64,000 nt of DNA from an uncultured cyanobacterium (GTDB lineage: Bacteria; Cyanobacteriota; Cyanobacteriia; PCC-9006; JAAUQQ01), in contig OY970368.1 in NCBI GenBank assembly GCA_963718615.1, positions 6,031,824-6,095,823 on the forward strand. Reading direction: 5' to 3'. Shown piece after piece: positions 28,290-38,306 of this stretch (position 1 is the stretch's first letter; the number at the start of each line of letters is the position of its first letter). The notes under the pieces were generated by a model. The model did not search any database. It was not told where the DNA came from and saw only the letters and a program-made list of their open reading frames with translations. A program made the position numbers and the translations under genes.

Positions 28290-29429
28290 GTGAATACGAT
28301 TCCCCCTCTGGACCTGACGCAACAGTACGAAACCCTGCGCGAAGCTATTGAAACAACAGTCCTGGGGATTCTGGCCTCTGGGCGCTACATCGGGGGAGAG
28401 TTTGTCTCGGGGTTTGAACAGTCCTTTGCGCAATACATCGGCACGGCAGAGGCCGTGAGCTGCAACTCAGGAACCGATGCGCTCTTTTTGGCGCTGCGGG
28501 CCTTGGGGATTGGCCCTGGGGATGAGGTGATCACGACTCCGTTTACCTTTTTTGCCACGGCGGAGGTGATCAGCGCCGTTGGGGCCAAGCCGGTTTTTGT
28601 GGATATTGATCTTCAGACCTTCAACCTGGATTTAGAGCGGCTTGAGGCGGCCATTTCGCCTCAGACTAAGGCCGTGATCCCGGTGCATTTATTTGGGCAG
28701 CCCGTAGACATGACGCGACTGCTGGCGATCGCCCGTCACCACCGCCTCTGGGTGGTCGAAGACTGTGCCCAAGCTGCGGGGGCCGAATGGGCGGGCCAAA
28801 AGGTGGGCAGCATGGGCGATCTGGGCTGTTTTAGCTTTTTTCCTACCAAAAACCTGGGGGCCTGTGGTGACGGCGGGGCGGTCACGACCTCCGATCCTGA
28901 GCTGGCTGCTAAGGTCCGCATGTTGCGCGAACATGGGATGCCTCAGCGCTACTACCACGAAGAGATCGGCGTCACCAGTCGCTTAGATGCGATTCAGGCC
29001 GCGATTCTGTCCATTAAGCTTCCCTATCTAGACCAGTGGAACCAGCAACGTCAGGCGATCGCCCAACGCTATACCCAATTGATTCAACCCCTCATGGGTT
29101 TGATCCCCCCCCATCCCATCCCCGGTGGCACCAGCGTTTGGCACCAATACACCCTGCGCGTCTCGGATGGCTCAGTTGAGGGACTTAGACTCGATCGCGA
29201 TCGCCTGCGGGATCAGCTCCAAACCCAAGGCGTCAACACGATGATCTATTACCCTGTGCCCCTACATCGGCAAAATGTCTATGCTCATTTGGGCTACGGG
29301 CTGGGCTCGTTTCCCCAGGCGGAGCGCGCCGCCCAGAACGTCTTATCCCTGCCCATGTTCCCAGAGCTCACCGAAGCGCAGCAGGATCAAGTGGTCTATG
29401 GTCTCAAAAACTGCCTTGCTGAATTCTAA
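28290..29429 (+). CDS. DegT/DnrJ/EryC1/StrS aminotransferase
   Basis: NSGTDAL, PVHLFGQ, EDCAQA and FSFFPTKNLG motifs. GTG start chosen. Confidence 0.92.
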   Translation: MNTIPPLDLTQQYETLREAIETTVLGILASGRYIGGEFVSGFEQSFAQYIGTAEAVSCNSGTDALFLALRALGIGPGDEVITTPFTFFATAEVISAVGAKPVFVDIDLQTFNLDLERLEAAISPQTKAVIPVHLFGQPVDMTRLLAIARHHRLWVVEDCAQAAGAEWAGQKVGSMGDLGCFSFFPTKNLGACGDGGAVTTSDPELAAKVRMLREHGMPQRYYHEEIGVTSRLDAIQAAILSIKLPYLDQWNQQRQAIAQRYTQLIQPLMGLIPPHPIPGGTSVWHQYTLRVSDGSVEGLRLDRDRLRDQLQTQGVNTMIYYPVPLHRQNVYAHLGYGLGSFPQAERAAQNVLSLPMFPELTEAQQDQVVYGLKNCLAEF

Positions 29430-30018
29430 CTTGGCCCCTTGGCGATCGCCCCTCGCCCATGCCCTTCACCGCAACCGCGCCCGACCTGACTCTCGCTATC
29501 TCCAGTGGGCTACGGTGCGTCCCGATGGCCGTCCGGCTAATCGAACCGTTGTGTTTCGTGGTTTTGTGGAGGATAGCGATCAACTGATTGTGGTCTCTGA
29601 TGGCCGGAGCCAAAAAAATCAGGATTTGTCTCATTATCCCTGGGCCGAGGTGTGTTGGTATTTTCCCAAAACCCGTGAGCAGTTTCGCTTGCTAGGGAGG
29701 GTTGAGATCATTGACCCAGCATCGGTAGGCGATCGCCAAGGGCTCCGTCACCAGATTTGGCGATCGCTTTCGGAAGCTGCACGTCAACAGTTTGCTTGGC
29801 CCGAACCGGCTGCTCCTCGGGCGATCGATGCTGCCTTTCAAGCCAGCAGCGTCAATCCTGACTCTCCGCTTCTGCCTTTTACCCTGTTATTACTTGATCC
29901 CCAATCGGTCGACCATTTAGAACTTCAAGGTGAGCCCCAAAATCGTAGGCGTTATCAACAGCAATCTGGCCCAGATAGCGCTCTGTCAGAATGGTGTTGT
30001 GAGATTGTGAATCCTTAA
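29416..30018 (+). CDS. PPOX-type FMN-binding flavoprotein (Npun_F5749-like)
   Basis: PWRSPLAHALHRN, RPANRTVVFRG and CWYFPKTREQFR motifs. Start uncertain (TTG 29416 or 29431). Confidence 0.8.
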   Translation: MLNSNLAPWRSPLAHALHRNRARPDSRYLQWATVRPDGRPANRTVVFRGFVEDSDQLIVVSDGRSQKNQDLSHYPWAEVCWYFPKTREQFRLLGRVEIIDPASVGDRQGLRHQIWRSLSEAARQQFAWPEPAAPRAIDAAFQASSVNPDSPLLPFTLLLLDPQSVDHLELQGEPQNRRRYQQQSGPDSALSEWCCEIVNP

Positions 30019-30235
30019 TGGCTCACATTAGACGGATCTGTAACCCGTTAGCAGTCAGACAATCCTTGTTCCTCAATCTCTGTAATTTTGCGTAATCTAG
30101 AGAAAAACATCATGGTTGATTTCCAGTTACCCAGTGGGTTTTCTAAGCCTTATGTCGCAAGAGTCTCTGGTCGTTGTATGACCAAAGACTGGTGATGTTA
30201 TCAAGCTTAGATAAATTGGCTTAATATTGTCCTTA

Positions 30236-30251
30236 TGTATCTAGGATTACA
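30236..30251. promoter_or_regulatory. NtcA-type site TGTA-N8-TACA
   Basis: tGTAtctaggatTACa. A TAGAGT (TAN3T) box at 30275-30280 lies 24 nt after TAC, slightly beyond the usual 22-23. Confidence 0.5.
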
Positions 30252-30377
30252 TACTTGAGGGACGCGGTTCCTGGTAGAGTAGAACCCAAGCAGCCTAACT
30301 CTCATCATTCAGTCACTTCTGCGCTCGTTCTTTCTGTCCAGTTTTGGGCAAGGCTATTTCTATGAATTGAATTAAGA

Positions 30378-30433
30378 TGCATCGCAATCCGGTTCGTGCG
30401 GATTGAAGTCAATTGCCAAGGCAATTGGATGCA
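30378..30433 (+). ncRNA. Candidate structured leader RNA (three-way junction)
   Basis: P1 TGCATC/GATGCA encloses P2 CAATCCG/CGGATTG and P3 CAATTGCC/GGCAATTG. No family recognised. Confidence 0.35.
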
Positions 30434-30523
30434 AAGATATAGTCAAGGCGAGACGCAGCGTTTCTGTTTCTCGAAGCACTGTTGTTATCCCTAAATCTTT
30501 CATTTTGATGTGAGGTTATTTCT

Positions 30524-30811
30524 ATGAAGCCTACCTTGTCGATGAACGTTCGTCTGTTTGCCTTTGGTGCTGTCATGTCCACACTCGTTGGCGCTGGCAT
30601 CCTGGCACCTTCCATCAAGGGCAATACGGCGGCTGAGCCCATGGTGAGCGCTGTTCCGTCAACGGTTGTTGTCTCTGGCGTTCAACCTGCTGCGATCTCT
30701 GCACAGCCTGCAACGGAAGTGGCTCAAGCTTCTCTGGTTCCTCAAAAAGCCAGCGCGGATATTCTGGAACTCATTTTTAACTTTATCCTGGCTTTGTTGG
30801 GTCTAGCTTAG
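30524..30811 (+). CDS. Small predicted secreted/membrane protein (signal peptide, Ala/Val/Pro/Ser linker, hydrophobic C-terminal helix)
   Basis: GAGG RBS, ATG start and terminator downstream. Confidence 0.7.
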   Translation: MKPTLSMNVRLFAFGAVMSTLVGAGILAPSIKGNTAAEPMVSAVPSTVVVSGVQPAAISAQPATEVAQASLVPQKASADILELIFNFILALLGLA

Positions 30812-30844
30812 GCTTTATTGGGCCGATGAGTTGAATTGAAACTG

Positions 30845-30896
30845 AGTCAATGCCTGGTTAAGGAAAGTCTTTTCTCCTTTCTAGGCATTGACTTTT
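30845..30896. terminator. Hairpin between convergent genes (probable terminator)
   Basis: AGTCAATGCCT...AGGCATTGACT followed by a T-tract. Confidence 0.65.
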
Positions 30897-30912
30897 GTCA
30901 TGGCTTTTGAGG

Positions 30913-32925
30913 TTAAGCAACTTCAATTTCCAGAGCAAAACTGCGCAAGGTTCCCTGGTCCCAACGGGCGGAATCGGTGACTTCAAGGGTCCAAGTCCCT
31001 TGAGGATTTTGTCCTTCAAGTTGGGTTAGGGCCGGTAGGGCGATCGCATCATAGGTTTTCTGGATATTATCCATGCCGCCTCCCGTGCGATCGTGCAGTT
31101 TAATCGGTGCAAGACCGAGGGCCTCCGGTGCTTTCAAAACGACCGTTAAATCCCCAATATAGGTGTGCTCCAAATTGACTTTGACCTTGAGGGTCTTGAT
31201 GGGCTGGCTCTCCGGTACCGTCAGCCTTAGCGTGGCTGTGCGTAGATCGCGAATCGGCACCTCTTGAACCGCTTGATAAATCACTAGGGGATTGGGTTGG
31301 GCTGGGGTTGCTAGCTCAACTGCTTTGCGCGCATTGACGCGGCCATAGCCGTAAAACGGGCTGTGGCCCTTGGCGTCGTATTGGCCTTTAGCTTCGTCGA
31401 TGCGATCGCAACTCTGCTTCAGAATTTCCCGCACTTGCTCCCAGCGCAGCTCTGGATTCTTCGACAGAATTAGCGCTACAACTCCAGCGACCCCCGGACA
31501 AGCACTGGAGGTTCCGCCAAAAGAATTGGTATATTTCCCAGCGGCATCGCCCAACCGTTCATCTCCCCAATTGTAGCCATCGGAACCCGTGCGATCGGTG
31601 GTCCAAATGCCTTCGGTTTGGGAGGGATCGCCATTGTTACTGGGGAAGGCACACCAAACGGATGCCCCATAATCGCTGTAGGCACTACGGGTGTCCAGGT
31701 CATTACAGGCGGCAACGGCAATCACCGAATCAAAGCTGGCATAGCCGTCGTTCTCAACACTTTCGTTGCCATTGCCCGCCGCAAAGCACAGCACACAGCC
31801 TTTGCCGTTGCGACCCTGGGTCAGGGCAAATTCCATGGCCAGACGGGTAGAGTCGGGCAAGGGCACCACGCGGTTATGCACCGGATCGTTTGGATCAAAC
31901 CAGGTCCCATCCGGTGGCCCCCAGCTACAGGAAATCACGTCCGCACCATTGCGGGCCGCCCAGGCAAAGGCCTCCGCCTCGGCTACGGAGCCCAGTCCCG
32001 AAGCCAACCGAATCGGCATCAGCTTGGCCCGTGGAGCCACGCCAGCGGCCCCAAAATTACCATCGGCACAGGCAACCCCAGCGCAGGCGGTGCCATGGTT
32101 GTCCTGACGACCGGGCTGAGGGGTGTTGTTATTGCGAGTGGCGTCACGGGGAAAAACTATCTTGCCTGGGGACTGAAATTCCTCATGGCTCAGATCAAAG
32201 CCATCGTCGATAATCGCGATGGTTGCGCCTTCACCACGGGTTAATTCCCAGGCGGAGACTACATGGGCATGGGCATCAATGGTTTTGCCGTTAATCATGG
32301 TGGCCTGGAGATGCCACTGCTGGGAAAAGGTTTTAGCTGGGGTGATCGGGACTTGCCGGTGGCGATCCTCGCGGACGAGCTCCGGATGGCAAAATTCGAC
32401 CCTGGGGTCAGCGAGCAACTGTTCAGCAAGATCAAAGATCGAAAGGCCAATGCCGCTGGGAGCCTCGACGAAAAAGGCATTGCGGGCAAAATCGAGCGAT
32501 CGCTTCACCCGTAAACTGGCCTCTGCCAACCGCCGCAAACAAGCCTCGCGAGCTTCCCGCCCCTGGAATTTGACAAACAAGTTCTCGGTGTAGAGCACGG
32601 GGGTTTGCGACACCGGCTCCACCAACGCCCGCCCCGCAAACTGAATGGCGTCTTCCTGGGTCAGCGCTGCCCTGGCCTCATCGCGAAAGGCTTGGCCATC
32701 TTCCTGGGACTTGGCCCGTAGCACCTCTACGCCTGCCAGGGGAAATTGGGTGACCAGCTCAAACCGAGAGAGCAGAGTGCGGGATTGGAGCGAAACCGGG
32801 GTCGTTTCATAGGGCCGACTGCCCAATAAGGATTTCCGATTACAGGTGCGCACCACCATCAGCTCATCGCTAATGTCAAGCTCATGGACCGTTCCTTGCA
32901 ATCCGCCATAACGATATCTCGGCAT
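30913..32925 (-). CDS. S8 subtilase with C-terminal proprotein-convertase P domain
   Basis: Triad IIDDG / HGTACAG / GTSSA, AAGN oxyanion motif and P domain HTYIGDL...GTWTLEV. AGAGGA RBS before ATG 32925. Confidence 0.9.
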   Translation of the reverse strand: MPRYRYGGLQGTVHELDISDELMVVRTCNRKSLLGSRPYETTPVSLQSRTLLSRFELVTQFPLAGVEVLRAKSQEDGQAFRDEARAALTQEDAIQFAGRALVEPVSQTPVLYTENLFVKFQGREAREACLRRLAEASLRVKRSLDFARNAFFVEAPSGIGLSIFDLAEQLLADPRVEFCHPELVREDRHRQVPITPAKTFSQQWHLQATMINGKTIDAHAHVVSAWELTRGEGATIAIIDDGFDLSHEEFQSPGKIVFPRDATRNNNTPQPGRQDNHGTACAGVACADGNFGAAGVAPRAKLMPIRLASGLGSVAEAEAFAWAARNGADVISCSWGPPDGTWFDPNDPVHNRVVPLPDSTRLAMEFALTQGRNGKGCVLCFAAGNGNESVENDGYASFDSVIAVAACNDLDTRSAYSDYGASVWCAFPSNNGDPSQTEGIWTTDRTGSDGYNWGDERLGDAAGKYTNSFGGTSSACPGVAGVVALILSKNPELRWEQVREILKQSCDRIDEAKGQYDAKGHSPFYGYGRVNARKAVELATPAQPNPLVIYQAVQEVPIRDLRTATLRLTVPESQPIKTLKVKVNLEHTYIGDLTVVLKAPEALGLAPIKLHDRTGGGMDNIQKTYDAIALPALTQLEGQNPQGTWTLEVTDSARWDQGTLRSFALEIEVA

Positions 32926-33176
32926 ACCTGATCCTCTATCGAAAAATGAGAAGATGATGCAAACTTGGGACTGCCCCCCAACCTGCCATAGGGAGGGCCA
33001 TTCGTGGGGATGGGTGTCAACCTTCTTTACATGACATGATTCCAGCGATTCCGCCACCGATGATTCCCCTCTCCCCGCTGCCGGTGCTAGTGGTTGGGGG
33101 GCGCTTAGGCTCGGCCTTGCCGTTGCTGTCGTCTTCGCTGCTTTGCGTCTTTCGCCTTCAGGAGCATCCCCCTGCT

Positions 33177-33722
33177 ATGTCTGCCTATCCTGACCAAATT
33201 CCAGCACAAACCCAAGGGGCGGCAACCCAAGGGGCGGCCCCACGCGACTTGGCGGCGCAACCGGTGATCTATCGCCAAAAGCCCGGTTATTACGCCGTGC
33301 ATTATGCCGAGACCGAGATCAATCCGGCGGGGGCAACCCTGGTGTTGGCCAATGATGCAGGGGGGACGATCGCCATCTTTTCCGGTGACCCCCCTACCTC
33401 CAAACGCAGGGCTGGTCCTGAACCCCCTGCCGAGGTTATTACCCCCGTTTACAGTTCCTCGGCGGACGGGATTGCAGCAGTACCTACGGGTCAGGTGTTT
33501 GTGCGGTTCGCCCTGGGGGTGGATGCTCGCGATCGCCAAGCAGATTTCCAGAAAGCCGGATACACCCTGGTCAAAGTTCTTGATTTTGCTCCCCAAGGGG
33601 CTTGGGTCAAGGCCAGCTCGGGCCAGATCGCCGATGGACTGGCTCAACTGCAAACCCTACAAGGTCTAGAACAGCTTGAAATCATCGAGCCTCAGATGCT
33701 GATGGAACGGAGTTTTCGTTAG
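33177..33722 (+). CDS. Hypothetical protein resembling the subtilase prodomain (stand-alone propeptide-like)
   Basis: C-terminal ~80 aa align by eye with the prodomain of the adjacent S8 protease. CAGGAG RBS. Confidence 0.65.
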   Translation: MSAYPDQIPAQTQGAATQGAAPRDLAAQPVIYRQKPGYYAVHYAETEINPAGATLVLANDAGGTIAIFSGDPPTSKRRAGPEPPAEVITPVYSSSADGIAAVPTGQVFVRFALGVDARDRQADFQKAGYTLVKVLDFAPQGAWVKASSGQIADGLAQLQTLQGLEQLEIIEPQMLMERSFR

Positions 33723-33765
33723 GGCGATCGCAGTCTAATCGCCCAACCCTTAAATTCCCGAATCC

Positions 33766-34590
33766 TTAAATCCCCGAACCATCCAAAAACTTCTCAATTT
33801 CACGATCCTTGAGCAGGCATTGGGTTTTGCCCGACGGAGCCTCTGCCAAAACGCCCTCTCCATCCAAACTCCCTAGGGCTTCGCCACTGACACAGGCCGC
33901 CATCACTCGAGAGGTCTGCACCTGATTTTGCTGAAGCTGCTGCATTTGTTCCTCTAGGGCATCAATGCGATCGAGCAACATGCGAATCACCTTGGCTTCC
34001 GAATCCGGTAGGTTGCCATGCTCCAGCGGATTTACCCGTGTTCCTGCGCGGTAAACAATCCGTCCTGGGATCCCCACAACTGTGCAATCGGAAGGCACAT
34101 CGCGTAGCACCACCGAACCGGCCCCAATGCGCACATTATCGCCCAGGGTCAAATTACCCAGGACCTTAGCCCCGGCCCCGACCACCACATTGTCGCCTAG
34201 GGTTGGGTGGCGTTTACCCGACTGCTTGCCCGTCCCCCCCAGCGTTACTCCTTGATAGATCAGCGCATAGTCCCCCACGATCGCCGTTTCCCCAATCACA
34301 ACCCCCATGCCGTGGTCGATAAAAACCCCTTTACCAATGGTTGCGCCCGGATGGATCTCAATTCCCGTCAAAAAACGGGCCAGATGGGAAATGAGCCGGG
34401 GAATCAGCGGCAGATGCCAGCAATGGAGGCGATGGGCGAGGCGGTGCAAAATCAACGCCTGGAGACCGGGATAGCAGAAAATAACCTCGATCGCGCTGCG
34501 GGCTGCGGGATCGCGTTCGAAGATAATGCGGAAATCGGCAATAACGGTTTTCAGCACGGGAAGCAGCCGCTGATGGCCAAGAAACGCCAC
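33766..34590 (-). CDS. cysE: Serine O-acetyltransferase
   Basis: [30 protein letters not shown] and KRHPTLG motifs. Confidence 0.93.
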   Translation of the reverse strand: MAFLGHQRLLPVLKTVIADFRIIFERDPAARSAIEVIFCYPGLQALILHRLAHRLHCWHLPLIPRLISHLARFLTGIEIHPGATIGKGVFIDHGMGVVIGETAIVGDYALIYQGVTLGGTGKQSGKRHPTLGDNVVVGAGAKVLGNLTLGDNVRIGAGSVVLRDVPSDCTVVGIPGRIVYRAGTRVNPLEHGNLPDSEAKVIRMLLDRIDALEEQMQQLQQNQVQTSRVMAACVSGEALGSLDGEGVLAEAPSGKTQCLLKDREIEKFLDGSGI

Positions 34591-34951
34591 TGTCTATGCT
34601 GACATGTGGATGGGCAATTGGATCTTGATCTCCCGAGAGTTTTTCAAAATCCTTGAGGAACATCTTCTGAGAAACATGGCTGAGGAATATCTCTCAAGCT
34701 GCCTCAATGCTCAAAAGTACTGGGGCAAAATTGGGAGGACAACTCTAAGGATGGCTCAATTCTAAAGAAAATCGGAAGTTTCTGTTTCTGATTGTGTACC
34801 CTAAAGGCATTGGACCTATGGGAACTCAATGCTAGTGGTCTTGCGTCTTGGAGGGCGATCGCTCCTTGGCTATCCCTGAACTTTTCAATCGAAAAATCGG
34901 GTGTAGAATATCGCCTGTGTGAGTGAGTAGAAATAACCACGGAACTCTTAT

Positions 34952-35146
34952 ATGTCAATTCAAGCCCCCGCCGCCGCTGCTTCTCTGACCCAATCTGCTG
35001 ATCAAAAGGCTTTCGTAGAACAGCTCAAGCGTCTTTACCGTGCCGACCAGCAAGCTGAGTTTTTGTTTATCCAAGCGGAAGCAGATTCCCTTTTGGTTCA
35101 GTTAGAGCAACTCAAAGCCCAGCAAACCCAGGGGCAACAGGGCTAA
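34952..35146 (+). CDS. Small hypothetical helical protein
   Basis: 64-aa ATG ORF with YRADQQAEFL..QAEADSLL.QL pattern. Confidence 0.6.
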   Translation: MSIQAPAAAASLTQSADQKAFVEQLKRLYRADQQAEFLFIQAEADSLLVQLEQLKAQQTQGQQG

Positions 35147-35263
35147 GACACCGTTCTAATCGTCCCAGGGCTCCAGCGCCAAAATCTTGCCAATGGAAGA
35201 TAATCTGATAGACTTTGGGCGGTTTACAGCCCCACAAAGGTTCTGGAAGATGAGGAGTTTGGC

Positions 35264-36154
35264 ATGAAACGTTTGGGACTGCTGAGCGCGATCGCGATCG
35301 CCCTAACCCTGAGCGGCTGTAGCCGTTCATCGGAGACTGCTTTATCCGCCGCAGACCCCGCCACCGGAGCGGATTCTGCCTTAGCGGGTAATGGCCTGCC
35401 AGGTAATGGCTCGCCTCAGCCTGCTACCATGTTTGGCGATTCGCTGCCGCCCGTGCCGCTTCAGTCTTCTGCGCTCCAAAATTCAAATACCAGTTCCAAT
35501 AAGAGCTCAAGTAAGAGTTCAAACACCAGTTCAAAACAGACAACTGCCAGCTATTCCACCGTTGCGCCACGCCAAGTCGTTGCAGGTCGCACCAATCCCT
35601 TCTCGTCGGTGAGCTCTCCGCAGGTGGAAGTCAAGTATGTGACGACGGCTCCGGCAGCGCCTAGTACTCAAGCCGCCCCAGGCCCAAACACCCTCTCCAA
35701 GACCATTCCTTCCGTCATCTTGCCCCCGACCTTTGTCCAAGCAACGCTGCCCTCAATGCCTCAGGTCGCCAGTCCCAGTGGCAGCCCAGCGGTGGCAATG
35801 ATGCCAACCTCTCTTCCTCCCGTACGCCAGCTTCCGGCCTCCGTGACCCCTCTAGTGGCCCCCCCGACGTCATCATCACCTACCCTGTCTCCCGCCGCTG
35901 CGCCTCCCGCTCCCGTCCTCTCCCCAACGGCTGTAGCGGAAGCGATCGAAATCAAGGGGGTCGTTCAGGTCGGAAATCAGTACAACGTCATTATCAGAGA
36001 TCCAGATGCCAGCATCAGCCGCACAGTTAAAGTGGGGGATGTGATTGGGGGCGGTCGCGTCAAAGTCAGCCGGATCGATAGTCCCGATAGCCAAGAACCC
36101 CAGGTGATTCTGGAGCAAAACGGTGTAGAAGTCCGCCGAAGTATTGGCGTCTGA
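35264..36154 (+). CDS. Predicted lipoprotein with Pro/Ser-rich linker and PilP/GspC-like C-terminal beta domain
   Basis: Lipobox LSGC, GRTNPF and IKGVVQVG...VKVGDVIGGGRVKV motifs. GAGGAG RBS. Confidence 0.7.
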   Translation: MKRLGLLSAIAIALTLSGCSRSSETALSAADPATGADSALAGNGLPGNGSPQPATMFGDSLPPVPLQSSALQNSNTSSNKSSSKSSNTSSKQTTASYSTVAPRQVVAGRTNPFSSVSSPQVEVKYVTTAPAAPSTQAAPGPNTLSKTIPSVILPPTFVQATLPSMPQVASPSGSPAVAMMPTSLPPVRQLPASVTPLVAPPTSSSPTLSPAAAPPAPVLSPTAVAEAIEIKGVVQVGNQYNVIIRDPDASISRTVKVGDVIGGGRVKVSRIDSPDSQEPQVILEQNGVEVRRSIGV

Positions 36155-36218
36155 AGGATTGGCGTTTATGGGCGGTTAGACTCTTGATCAAGGGGGGCAA
36201 AAGTCTCCTAGAGGTTAT

Positions 36219-37733
36219 CTAGAGATCATCACCCATACTCGAAATTGGCAGCAGCGCAATATAGCGATAGCCAGACTCAAGCGAGCTTTGGATAAAGAGC
36301 TGGCCGCCTTGGACTTCTGCCAGGTGACGACTCAGGAGTAGGCGGAGATTTTCAGGCCGTTCGGCAGAAGCGGTTTGCAAGATCTCCGCTAACCCTTTGG
36401 CCGTGAGAGGGTCCATCGTTGGGTCCATGTGACGCTTGGCGGTGCTCACTGCAACTCCAGCGGGTTCAAAATCAAACCCTTGGTCGAGATGGTCAGAGCT
36501 GATGGGCAAAATTCCCAGGCTGTCGCTACCGTCGTTGGGAGGCAGGCCATCGCCCAGCCAAGGGTGAGACACCCAGATGGAAAACTGGAGCTGGGACTGT
36601 TTTCGGGAAACATGCAGGCGCAGAATACTTTCGGTATTCGCCGATTGAATAATGCTAAAGATGAGGTGATAGAGCATTTGGCGGACCTTGTCTTTGTCCA
36701 AGTGCCACACACGCTGTCCCGGTTCTACGGAGAAGCGCAGCTCTAGATCCCGCTGATTGCCCATCGGCGTCAGCGTATGGATCACCTGCTGACAGAGCAG
36801 TTCCACATCCACAGGCGTCAGGTTTAAAGCGTTCTTGCCATCTTCTAGGGCGGCAAGGTCCATGATCTCTTGAATCAACGACAGCAACGTCTGACCGCTG
36901 CGCTGAATCACCTCTAAATATTCCCGCTGCTTGTCCGTGAGGGGACCATAGATTTCTCGGCTCAGCATCCCGGCCATCCCCAAGACTGCCGTGAGGGGAG
37001 CCCGCAATTGCTGGGTCAGCTGACCCACGAGCTGGAGCCGGAGGGGATTGGGTTGGGAGGCTTCGAGGTCGTCGCTTTCGCGGCCCATGTTGGCAACGCC
37101 GCTGGATTCCCGGCTGAGGGATGGGGGGACCAGGGTATCTTTGGGGGCAAAGCCTTGGAGGGCGGCACTGTGGCTTTGGTTGATGGCGCGATCGCGCTCA
37201 AACTCGCTCACGCACCAGCGCGCCACCAGTTCTAGGGACTGAATCTGTTTCTCGGAATAGGTTCGGGGCTCTAGATCCAACACCGCCAAGGTGCCGAGGC
37301 ATTGGCCTGTGGAAACAATCAGTGGTGTCCCCAAATAAGAGCGAATGCCGTACTGCTGAACCAAAAGACTCTGGGCAAAGGCCGGGTGCTGGATGGTGTC
37401 GGGGATCATCAAGACCTGGTGGCTGTCCACCACGTTGGTGTCAAAAGAATCTTCCCGAGACATGCGCCGGGACTTGGCGATCGCATTCATCAACCCCAGC
37501 TTTGACAACCCCAGGGCTGCCCGGAGCCAAAGGTTATCTCGGTCCAAAATTCCGAGCCAGCAAAGGGGAGCATCTAAAAATTGAGCCGCAGTCTGGGTCG
37601 CCTCTTCAAACACCGGGACACTCTCTGTCTCCAAGAGGCCGAGATCTGCCACGACCAAAAGACGCTGCTGCTCCCGCGCGGCGGCGCTGAGGCCATCCAG
37701 ACGGCAGAATAATCGACTTTCAAAACCGCTCAT
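36219..37733 (-). CDS. GAF-domain histidine-kinase-like protein with degenerate catalytic motifs
   Basis: GAF domain (GIRSYLGTPL). HisKA H-box reads TQQLRAPL and the N/G boxes are poorly conserved. Confidence 0.8.
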   Translation of the reverse strand: MSGFESRLFCRLDGLSAAAREQQRLLVVADLGLLETESVPVFEEATQTAAQFLDAPLCWLGILDRDNLWLRAALGLSKLGLMNAIAKSRRMSREDSFDTNVVDSHQVLMIPDTIQHPAFAQSLLVQQYGIRSYLGTPLIVSTGQCLGTLAVLDLEPRTYSEKQIQSLELVARWCVSEFERDRAINQSHSAALQGFAPKDTLVPPSLSRESSGVANMGRESDDLEASQPNPLRLQLVGQLTQQLRAPLTAVLGMAGMLSREIYGPLTDKQREYLEVIQRSGQTLLSLIQEIMDLAALEDGKNALNLTPVDVELLCQQVIHTLTPMGNQRDLELRFSVEPGQRVWHLDKDKVRQMLYHLIFSIIQSANTESILRLHVSRKQSQLQFSIWVSHPWLGDGLPPNDGSDSLGILPISSDHLDQGFDFEPAGVAVSTAKRHMDPTMDPLTAKGLAEILQTASAERPENLRLLLSRHLAEVQGGQLFIQSSLESGYRYIALLPISSMGDDL

Positions 37734-38306
37734 GATACTCCCCTAATGCCAATAACCTGATATTTATACCGGAAGTTCCGTAGTTTTTCTGGGAAGTCTT
37801 ACTTCCCTATACCGTATCTCATAGTTCAGCATGCCCTAATTTTCAGCCCTAAGAACACCCCAAGACCTCAAAAAATCCGCAGAAAATCCGCAAATCCCAC
37901 GAATTTTATTTTGTCGGTAGAGCAAATGGCGTAGGGAAAAATTCGCCCCTCAATCGGTTCCCGAGAGAACCCCCTCTGAACTGTGATCGGTCCTATGCAG
38001 ATACACTCAGATATATATTTCTAACGGATTTTTGAAAAAACCGTAGAAATTCCCAGACTCTTTTCCTTATGCCCATGGTAATGAATGACGCCCAGGATTC
38101 GCAGGTGGGTCAGAGATGGGTGACTGGAGCGATGGCGATCGACGCCGGAAAGTTGTGGCTTTCGCAGGACTTGACGTTTCAGGGGGGGCCGGTCATTTTG
38201 TCTCTAGACGAGGTCGCAGCCCGGTTGGATCTGTCTTGGGCTGAGCTGTTGGCGCGCTTGAATGTATGTCACAATCCCCGTAACTAGATGGTGCTGGTGT
38301 GCAAGT

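Noticed and set aside
30378-30433. Glutamine riboswitch or hammerhead ribozyme assignment
   Set aside because: Lacks the CGUU/AACG P1 with complete E-loop, and lacks the CUGANGA/GAAA core; kept only as an unclassified structure.
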